DNA of 64,000 nucleotides, taken from positions 1 to 64,000 of the forward strand of contig JAANOX010000276.1 in assembly GCA_020184695.1 (NCBI GenBank). The letters are read 5' to 3'. The stretch's first letter is position 1; each line of letters starts with the position of its first letter. The stretch is from Histomonas meleagridis 2922-C6/04-290x. Its lineage: Eukaryota > Protista > Parabasalia. This document shows positions 55,533 to 64,000 of the stretch, piece after piece. A program made the translations under genes and the position numbers. The notes under the pieces are model-generated. The model worked only from the letters and a program-made list of their open reading frames with translations, was not told the origin of the DNA and ran no database searches.

Positions 55533-58500
55533 TTAGTCAAGAAGGTCATCGAATCCGAGCGCTTCATCCATTTCTTCTAATTCATCGTCATCGTCTACTG
55601 CTTGATCCAGCGACTGCATTCCCATTGCCATACCCACAGCAGGCGCCGCCGCCAGACACTGCATGTACACTCTATTCGATAGCATTGCTCTTTGCTGCAT
55701 TTGCGTTCCTGCGCTAAACGCGTTGCTTACACTACTTTGCTTTATTACGACGCCTTCTCTCGGCTCTAAGAACTTCCAAATCTTCGGAAGTAATTCCTTC
55801 ACTTCGAGTGAGTCTTCTCCCAATTTGATTAGGCATTGTTTAATCATTGGATATAATAACCTTCGAACTTTTGGATCATTCGAAATCTCTAAAGGCCAAT
55901 CAGAGATTTGTTTTAATTGTTCATAAGTTAAAACGTTTTCATGTTTCGAAAACATTTTTTCCACAATTGGAACGAATTGGAAATCTTTTTCTTTCGCGAT
56001 ATTTAATATGAAATTTAATAATTTGTTTAAAGTATTTGACGAAATTTCTTTAGTCGAAATTACATACATTAAATCATCATTCGAATAATTCTTTAGTTTT
56101 TGGACAAGTGTATCATAAGGTAAATATGAAACTATTGGCGGAGATTTACCTTTAATAGCAATGAGAATTCTTTTACATATGTTACACATAGAGATAACAT
56201 CATTCGTACCTATAATCTTTTGATGAACTGAATCAAATGTTTCATTATATATGTCAAAGATATTATCAATTGATGAATATATTGAAGAATCGATTTTTTG
56301 TGGATTAAACCAAATGTTTTTGACTTGCTGTTCATTTATTATATCTAAGGCTTCTCGAGTTTTCTCGAATATTTTAATGAAACTATTTATCATTTCGGTA
56401 TATTGTTGATGAGCTTCACTAAAACAAAATGAAAATGTAAACGTAAGTAATATCGCTGATGGTGTTAATACATTAAATGTATTAAATGCTTTTTGTATAA
56501 AAATAGATACTTGTGATGCTATTTCTCCTCCTTTAATACCGATTTTAGTCAAAACTTGAATAACTAATTGTAAAACATGTTGATCATTAGTTAATAATCC
56601 ATTCCCTAAGAACTCGGAGACATATTGTTGATATTTTTGTTTCCATATACCATTACGTGGCATTGATATTTCGCCATAATCTTGTGCGCCAATTAAGTTA
56701 ATAGGCCATGAAGATTTAGGCATAAGTTCTTTATATATTGGCGATTGATATAATACATTATTACAAAACTTAGGTCGAATTAATTGTGCTAAAATTGGTA
56801 AAATTTGATTTTTACCAAAACTATAAATATTTATTATATACTTAAAAAGTTCATCAAATTGTTCCGGTTCTTTATTACAAATCGCTTGTGATTTATAATA
56901 TGCAACTATAGAACTAACTATAGTTTTACGGATATCAATATTTAATGTCGATATACAAATAGTATCAAGATAATCAAACGTGAATTTAGGTAAAGGAATT
57001 CCACAAATTTTATAATTAAGAATCCATGAGATTAATTTAATACTAAAGATTGGAACATAAGAAATATCTTTTTGTAAGTTTAATGAGATTAAACTTGTTA
57101 ATATTCCATAACGCTTATCTTTATTAGGTTCATTAATTAATTTTTGATGAATAAATTCTAATATTTCACCTGCAAATAATTCACATGTAAGTAACTTTTG
57201 TAATGTTTCAACTTCTAATGTTTTATTGTTATTATACCAATTTATACTTTGGATTCCATCAGGAAAATGAATTTGATTAATTATAACATGTGAAAGATAA
57301 TTAATAAATCCAAATTTATTGTTTTCGCCTAAAGTTTTCTTTATATCATTGATTGATTGTGAAAAGAATTTAATTAATGTTTCATAACATTGTTCATTAA
57401 TTTTAATATATGAAGAAATCGTCGGCTTTAACATAAGTGAACATACATAAGCTATTAATGCCATAGTTCCATCATATTGTTTTAATCCAAATGATTTATT
57501 ATTATAATATTGGCGACTTTTAATTTTTAATGGACTTAATGAAGTCGTTGTTATTTCTCCAATTTCATTCCTATATAATGTTTGTTTTGGCTGAGGATTT
57601 GGATCATAATTTGTTGGAATTGGATCTTTAATTAATAAATCATTGAATAATAAAGTTAATACTGATGATAAGAAATCATTTTCTTTATCAAGTTGAATTG
57701 ATTTCCAACATTTATATAAACATGAAATTACATTTTCAAGTGATTTTCCTGAATATTTAATATTTTCAATGAATTTTTCGATATTACATTTAAGTATCGA
57801 ATTACCAATTCGTTGATAAAATGAATTCGTCCATAATTCATATTGATATATTTTAGGTTTGTTTTGTTTTGTTGGAATTGGAGGTAAAATATGTATAACT
57901 CCATTTATTAATACTTTTCGTGGCTTATTTTTATGTTTCGGAATCTCTTTCTTTAATTTTAGATAATTAATTATATAAATATCAGGTTGAGCTTTTATAG
58001 TTAATGAAAAAGTATAAAAAGGTTTCGCTTGTAATTTCTTTTTACGTTCTGTTTTTTCTATTGGTGAATCATTATGGAAATTAAAAATCAAATCTAAAAT
58101 TTCAAATGTTTCTGTTGAATTTTCATTATTAAAAATCCTTCCAACAAATGTATAATTCGGTAAAAAACATTTAAATGCTTCAACTGAAGCTTTAGTTATT
58201 TGTACATTTAAATCCAATTGTTTTATAGTATTTTCATAATTTTCAAGTGAATGTGTATCAAAATAATCATTAGGTAATATTAAATCATTAATTAAATATA
58301 AATTATTTCTTGTAAATAATGATTTTATATATGAAATTAATTTCATCGTAAGTATAGTTGATGGCATTTTATAATTTTTAGCTTTATAACTATTAACTTT
58401 CTCTTTTAATATATTTAAAACAACTTTAATTGGTTCATAAGCAATATCAGTTGAATTTTTGTTTTCTTTTTGATATTTACTTGCAAGTAAATAATATTTT

Positions 58501-60833
58501 ATATCTAATCCACCTATAAAATTCAGACTTCGATCATTATATACATTTCTTGATAATATCATATCTCGATATTTCTTCGGTAATATTAACGTAGAAATTC
58601 CATTCATTATTTCGATTCTTAATTTCATTAATTCATTATTAGAAATAATTGGATATTTTGGTTGAGGAATTGAACTAAAACTCATATCAAAATTGGTCGG
58701 AACATTATTATATAATTGTTCTAAAAGAATTTTCGTAATTGATGAATAAACATTACTTATATCTGGTAATTTATCATTATATGACCATTCGATTGAATGT
58801 GTAAGTAATCTTCCATAAGGCATTGAATTTTCTTGATAAATTGGACACTTCGAAATGATTTTATTATATAATATATCAGAATAATTATCATAAACTTTCA
58901 TTCCAATATATACTGAAAGTGGACTTAAAACATTATCATGAAATATTTCCATTAAATAAGAACTACTTTTTGTGTTTTGATTTAAACAAAATATACAAAG
59001 TCGATGATGACATTCTATTGATCTTTCCATTAAATATTTATCATTTGTTTCATACGCTTTAATCAGAATCTTATTAACAAATGATTGATAAACAGAATGA
59101 ACTCTTTCAAATAAATTCGAATTTTTGGTTTTCATTACTTGGAAAAGATATCGTTCGAATAAATGGACTGTTTCTTTAGTTATTTCACCATTCTTATTAA
59201 CATTTTTTATTAATGGTGGATATTTAACAGTAACATTTTGTTGAAATCCATATTTATCACATTGGTCATTTTTCTTTTTAGTCTCAATTGAGTTTGTAAG
59301 TGTTTCAAGATCATCAATTAATAATGAAAGTGATAATGGAACAATCGTAGGTTGTTTAGCTAATTGTGAATTTAATGTTTTCTCTCCAAGTGGATCAGCC
59401 ATTAATTCATTGATTAATTTATCTCTTAAATTAATTGGCAAATAATAAAATGGGAAATTTCGAATGTCATCATAAAGAGAATTTACTTCCCATGATTTTC
59501 CATTTATTAAAATTTTGGTGATTCTGGTTAAATATTCAGTGTATTTATTTGGTGATATTTTAATAATGTTTTCTTTATTATTAAATATCCTTTCGATAAT
59601 TATAGTGATAATATTTATCGCTTCATCATAAGTAGGTACAATTCGATTAGTTAATGATTTTAGAACAAATTCCATGTTAAAAATAGATATTAAGTTCTCA
59701 AATGGTTCATAATTATTATGTTCAATGATTTCTTCATAGATAACATCAGGTGTTTTCTCCATAAAAATGTTCCAATATTTGGAAAGTGGATGTTGTGGTT
59801 CATCAATACTAAGTGAACGAAGTGTATTTATGAAATCAATGGAATGAGAATTATAATTAGGCGCAAAAAGTTGTTTGATTACATTTGTAAGATGTTTTCG
59901 CTCATGTTCTTTGTGTTCAAGTTCATATTCAAATGAATTTGGTATAAGTTCTTCATAAATAAATTTCATGTCAATGAGTTTGCAATTTAGATAAAAATCA
60001 AGTGGATAAAAAATGTTTGTAAGAGCACTCGGTTTCTTATAAAATATGTCGGAAATATGAAGTCTTTTGGATTTATACGCAGGAAATTGGTGAATCGCTT
60101 TTGATAATGATTGACATAAATCTTTTTGTTTGATCCATACTTGCTTGAATTCTTTGAGGCAATGAAACATGGGATAAAGTATTTTCGACTTATAATGTTT
60201 TGGTGATTTTGTTGAATATAAGTTTAAAATTTCAATTACAACATTGATAAGACATTTCCCAAAAGATGACCGATGTTGAAGTACCTTATGGGAAACAAAA
60301 AAGCGCTTGTCAATGAAAATTATGGATTTTCGCTCAGGACTGATTTTCGAATAATGATGATCAGGATTAATATACTCTTTCCAGATTCTAAGGCTCATCT
60401 CGTCTTTAAGTGGTTCACATAGACGAGCTGAAAATGCTGAAATAATATCTTTATCTGATTGTAATGAAAATAATTCAGGAAGGAATTTATATGCCCAAAG
60501 ATGATCTTTAATATTACTAAGAATTTCCACACCAACTTTTTCTGATATTTCAAGAGAATCAAATTGTCGAATAAGGATCTTGAATATTGTCGATCGAACA
60601 GAATCAATTGTATCATCTAAAATTTTGATAACGTCATTATACCTTATATTTTTAAATATTTGCTTACGAACAAATCCTTTTTTAAGAATTGAATTCACAT
60701 AAGTGAGATATTTAGAATCATAAACTAGCTGAAGCAATTCAGCCCATTGCTTACGTGTTGCAAGGCACCATACATAGCTTTTTGGATTTGATTGAATAGA
60801 GTTTATTTCGCCATTTTTCCAATCAAAAGACAT
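55533..60833 (-). CDS. Large hypothetical protein (1766 aa) with an Ala/Met-rich and acidic C-terminal tail
   Basis: Uninterrupted 5.3-kb ORF; no catalytic family recognised. Confidence 0.85.
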   Translation of the reverse strand: MSFDWKNGEINSIQSNPKSYVWCLATRKQWAELLQLVYDSKYLTYVNSILKKGFVRKQIFKNIRYNDVIKILDDTIDSVRSTIFKILIRQFDSLEISEKVGVEILSNIKDHLWAYKFLPELFSLQSDKDIISAFSARLCEPLKDEMSLRIWKEYINPDHHYSKISPERKSIIFIDKRFFVSHKVLQHRSSFGKCLINVVIEILNLYSTKSPKHYKSKILYPMFHCLKEFKQVWIKQKDLCQSLSKAIHQFPAYKSKRLHISDIFYKKPSALTNIFYPLDFYLNCKLIDMKFIYEELIPNSFEYELEHKEHERKHLTNVIKQLFAPNYNSHSIDFINTLRSLSIDEPQHPLSKYWNIFMEKTPDVIYEEIIEHNNYEPFENLISIFNMEFVLKSLTNRIVPTYDEAINIITIIIERIFNNKENIIKISPNKYTEYLTRITKILINGKSWEVNSLYDDIRNFPFYYLPINLRDKLINELMADPLGEKTLNSQLAKQPTIVPLSLSLLIDDLETLTNSIETKKKNDQCDKYGFQQNVTVKYPPLIKNVNKNGEITKETVHLFERYLFQVMKTKNSNLFERVHSVYQSFVNKILIKAYETNDKYLMERSIECHHRLCIFCLNQNTKSSSYLMEIFHDNVLSPLSVYIGMKVYDNYSDILYNKIISKCPIYQENSMPYGRLLTHSIEWSYNDKLPDISNVYSSITKILLEQLYNNVPTNFDMSFSSIPQPKYPIISNNELMKLRIEIMNGISTLILPKKYRDMILSRNVYNDRSLNFIGGLDIKYYLLASKYQKENKNSTDIAYEPIKVVLNILKEKVNSYKAKNYKMPSTILTMKLISYIKSLFTRNNLYLINDLILPNDYFDTHSLENYENTIKQLDLNVQITKASVEAFKCFLPNYTFVGRIFNNENSTETFEILDLIFNFHNDSPIEKTERKKKLQAKPFYTFSLTIKAQPDIYIINYLKLKKEIPKHKNKPRKVLINGVIHILPPIPTKQNKPKIYQYELWTNSFYQRIGNSILKCNIEKFIENIKYSGKSLENVISCLYKCWKSIQLDKENDFLSSVLTLLFNDLLIKDPIPTNYDPNPQPKQTLYRNEIGEITTTSLSPLKIKSRQYYNNKSFGLKQYDGTMALIAYVCSLMLKPTISSYIKINEQCYETLIKFFSQSINDIKKTLGENNKFGFINYLSHVIINQIHFPDGIQSINWYNNNKTLEVETLQKLLTCELFAGEILEFIHQKLINEPNKDKRYGILTSLISLNLQKDISYVPIFSIKLISWILNYKICGIPLPKFTFDYLDTICISTLNIDIRKTIVSSIVAYYKSQAICNKEPEQFDELFKYIINIYSFGKNQILPILAQLIRPKFCNNVLYQSPIYKELMPKSSWPINLIGAQDYGEISMPRNGIWKQKYQQYVSEFLGNGLLTNDQHVLQLVIQVLTKIGIKGGEIASQVSIFIQKAFNTFNVLTPSAILLTFTFSFCFSEAHQQYTEMINSFIKIFEKTREALDIINEQQVKNIWFNPQKIDSSIYSSIDNIFDIYNETFDSVHQKIIGTNDVISMCNICKRILIAIKGKSPPIVSYLPYDTLVQKLKNYSNDDLMYVISTKEISSNTLNKLLNFILNIAKEKDFQFVPIVEKMFSKHENVLTYEQLKQISDWPLEISNDPKVRRLLYPMIKQCLIKLGEDSLEVKELLPKIWKFLEPREGVVIKQSSVSNAFSAGTQMQQRAMLSNRVYMQCLAAAPAVGMAMGMQSLDQAVDDDDELEEMDEALGFDDLLD

Positions 60834-61536
60834 TAAAATTTTTTAAATTTTAATCACTTCACATGGCAATTCTATCTGCCATTGAATATTCGAAAATTTT
60901 GAAAAAAGTTTAACACAAATATTTTCAGTGGTAACCGTTCGCACAGTGTGAAAATTTGAGTACTTTTTGTTCAACGAAATTTCTATCGTTTTTCTGAACG
61001 AATGGTAAAAATGAAATGATTATATATATCGTTATTATTTTCCATAAAGAACAAACACATCATTCATTTTATCTTATATTGAATATGATTAAAAAGAATT
61101 GTGTTGATTCAAAAATACCGAAAAACACAATCTATTTTTTTGCATTACATGTCAGAAGAAAAAAAAGATATGAAGAACCATTTGACAAATCAACTTGAGG
61201 GAAATTATGATGTATATGTTTAACTTGATTTTTTTTTCAATATCAAATTTGTGAAAATTATTATCAAATTTTTTATTCATAAATTTTTTTTTCAATCAAT
61301 CATAGCCATTTAATAGGTCATTCAAAAAGAAACTTATCCATATCAAAAAAAGTTAATTAAAATAACTTAGATAAAAAGTGAGAGATCATAAATGTGATCG
61401 AAATTCGAGAATTTAATATCTTCTGAGAGGAAACAATAAAATAATTAAAAAAATACAAAATATTTATATATAACAGATAGTGAAAATATGCAGCAGAAAC
61501 TATAGATGGATAATAAGTTTGAAAGAATGCATTCGC

Positions 61537-61998
61537 TCATCGCCGATAACGTTTAGTTGGTTTCATAGATTTGGGAAGTGATTGTAGAACAGATGCTTTG
61601 CGGATGTATGGTATTTCATTTTTCCTTAGAGGATAAATGATTTTTGGTGTTGAAAATCTTGAATCATGCACTCCCTCTATAGTTGTTTTTTTAAGAGCTT
61701 CATCATCTGCTTTTGCTTCTCGTTCCGCAATTGCTGGAAGACTTTTTGTTCTTTTTGAATTTTTATTTTGATGTAGTGTTTGATATGATATTTTCTTAAT
61801 TGTTGCATTCCAATTGTAAGGCTTGTCACTTGGCTGAATGCCTAAGGTAAGAAAATTATGTTTTTGTTCAAGATTTAAATTATTATCACTACGACTATCG
61901 ACAGGTTTTTTCAAAAAATCGTCAACAGTTTCAAACGCTTCCTCTTCACTCATGTCTTTTGATTTGTGATTTGGTTTTGAGCGTTGCTTTTGTCTCAT
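61537..61998 (-). CDS. Hypothetical basic protein
   Basis: 153-aa ATG-initiated ORF with plausible composition; no family recognised. Confidence 0.5.
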   Translation of the reverse strand: MRQKQRSKPNHKSKDMSEEEAFETVDDFLKKPVDSRSDNNLNLEQKHNFLTLGIQPSDKPYNWNATIKKISYQTLHQNKNSKRTKSLPAIAEREAKADDEALKKTTIEGVHDSRFSTPKIIYPLRKNEIPYIRKASVLQSLPKSMKPTKRYRR

Positions 61999-62189
61999 GT
62001 TTTTGTTAGCTTTTCTCTTGGCACCAAAAAACGTTTTTATGTAAAGTAAAAAGTGACGTCATCATTTTTATCTGAAAAAAAAAATCGAAATTAAACCAAT
62101 GTTAAATAGAATGAAAGAAAATTCATTTATTGCTGATGCCTATTAAAAAGATCTTTAAACTTTTATTCCCAATATTTAAACATATTACA

Positions 62190-62540
62190 TTATTGAATTG
62201 ATGGGGTACTATACTTCCATTCAAGGTTAAATGAATCTATATCAAAGTCATCAACACCTTCATCATTAGGTGGATTTTCTAATTCGTTTAAAGTTTGATC
62301 AACAAGTTTGGCTTTTTCTTCAATTTCAGCGATACGCTTTTGTTTTGATTCTTCTTCATCTAACCTAACCACTTTCTTGATTTCAGTGGTTTCAACAATA
62401 TCGTATGAATCATTATATTGATGATTATCATTTTTATGAATTTCTTGTTCACCGTAATTACCGTCATCTGAGTCATCTGAAATTCCAGCAAGTTCTTTAT
62501 CCAATTCAGCCATTGCGGCATCAATATCTGAGTCTGCCAT
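62190..62540 (-). CDS. Hypothetical small acidic coiled-coil protein
   Basis: 116-aa ATG-initiated ORF (MADSDIDAAMAELDKEL...). Confidence 0.6.
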   Translation of the reverse strand: MADSDIDAAMAELDKELAGISDDSDDGNYGEQEIHKNDNHQYNDSYDIVETTEIKKVVRLDEEESKQKRIAEIEEKAKLVDQTLNELENPPNDEGVDDFDIDSFNLEWKYSTPSIQ

Positions 62541-62619
62541 TACTTTGGTATCAATGTCATATCACATTTCAAAAAAAAATTTGAACGTTTAAACAAAAGC
62601 ACTTTTCAAATTCTTATAA

Positions 62620-64000
62620 ACGTATTTTGCTTCGAAGCAACAATTTCCTAAAAACAGAAAGATAGACGCAAACCAACCAACCTATCTTTTTACCCAAATA
62701 CAAAATAAAAGTGTTAATCACAAAACCCAGCGGATACTTTTTTTCCCAATCATTTTTGGAATCTTAATCCATTTTTTAGCAACATTATCATATCACAACA
62801 CTGAAGTTCAGTGTTATCTGCATGCACATGATTTATGTTCAGTTAATTTAACAATAGTATATGACATACCAAATATTTCTTCATATTTAAAACATGAATC
62901 TGAATATCATTTTTCTAACACTCCAAATTATGTTTACATCCGCGATACGCATGTCCCCGAAATGACATTTCTTGAAAGAGTAATTTTATCTAATTATCCA
63001 GATCGTGGATATATTCCACTTATAGCAGCAACTTACGCATATACTCTCCCTCAATATATTCTTTATATCAATGGATCCACTATAAGTGAATTTCCTTCTG
63101 ATGAATGGATTAACAATACATTATACAAAATGCAAAAAAATGATACACAAATTGCATTTGGTTGCCAAACAATGTATCATAACGAAAAAGTCGGATGCGG
63201 CTTAGCTATTATTCAAACTTCTGTTGTAAACGAACTTCTTTTTTACACAAATTCAAGTTCACAATCAATTCCACCACTTCTAGCATTATCTTTATACTCC
63301 AATATGCATCCAGATGAAATTCAAACCATATATGCACCATTTCAAGGAATCAAACCGAACATTAATTATAATTATGTTGATTCAACATATCAACCAATTC
63401 GTTCCCAAAGATGTCCACCACATAACGAAACATACAATGACACCTTTGCAATACTTTTACCACAATTTAAACGCGATTATATTTATAATTTTAGTAAAAA
63501 ATTCCAATTACAAAGTGTTCAACCCGAATTTTATTGTATTGTTCAATGTGAAAATCGAATTCATTATGACTTAACAACAATTCAAAACATATTACGACGA
63601 AAAGTATATCAAATATGGTGTTATAATTGGAGTCCATTATTTTATTTTCCTAATCATATCACATCTATTTTTCCTGTTGATTTTGTTATTCGATATGATG
63701 ATGATATGTATTCTAATAGCACAAACACACATTATGAAGTCATCAAAAAGTCCAAAAACGATGACGTTATTATCGGTAACGAATATTTTATTTTGAATAT
63801 AAATTTGTGCGGTTATGACGGCAAAATTAACTGCAAAGATTTTGACCATGTGACCTCACCTTATGTTTATCGTCCTTTTCATGCCAAGTTGAGTTGTAGG
63901 CTTAAACATTATACTTTCGCTGGTGGTGAAGATATTGGACTTTGCGTATCTTCAAATTTGTTATGTAATACAAAACATTCGGTTTATCCCTTTGATATAA
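62620..64000 (+). CDS. Type II membrane GT-A-fold glycosyltransferase-like protein, missing from the ORF track because it runs off the window
   Basis: Hand translation is open from 62620 to 64000. It has a signal anchor (ILFFPIIFGILIHFLATLSY), ILLPQFKR, a DxD-like FVIRYDDDMY and GGEDIGLC. The first ATG is at 62962, after the anchor. Confidence 0.75.

Noticed and set aside
1-64000. tRNA, rRNA and spliceosomal snRNA signature sequences; transposase or reverse-transcriptase genes
   Set aside because: No cloverleaf, rRNA segment, U1/U2/U5/U6 signature or mobile-element enzyme was recognised by eye. A covariance-model search would be needed to exclude divergent RNAs.

Overview
AT-rich, gene-dense eukaryotic DNA, most likely a parabasalid (Tritrichomonas/Trichomonas-like). 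This assignment is inferred from BspA-type LRR surface proteins, several Myb genes, DUF3447-like ankyrin genes, M3-like core promoter motifs and intronless housekeeping genes. Recognisable genes: two BspA-like proteins (one with a >3.7 kb 42-bp coding minisatellite), threonine dehydratase, Cdc7-like kinase, two RING E3s, two Myb factors, proteasome beta7, LRRC9-like, Dus, Raptor/KOG1, a receiver-phosphodiesterase fusion, SF3A3/Prp9, GRP94, a GT23-like fucosyltransferase and a Vps8-like protein. The standout feature is three ankyrin-repeat genes (13450-16303 +, about 44048-45056 +, 48899-46917 -). In them every repeat is interrupted at the same position, the beta-hairpin, by an AT-rich spacer that is usually exactly 80 nt, breaks the frame, often carries stops and has no usable GT-AG. 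Inside each spacer, at a fixed distance from the next module, lies a 6-9 nt cryptic micro-exon that supplies the missing hairpin residues (x-F/N-G). Removing a 51-nt and a 17-nt segment around it rebuilds canonical D-x-x-G-x-T-A-L 34-aa repeats and one continuous ORF per gene. This points to an unrecognised non-canonical splicing, editing or recoding system. That conclusion is inference from sequence alone and needs RNA or protein data; I cannot check the literature for novelty. Two other long ORFs lack an AUG at their apparent N-terminus.
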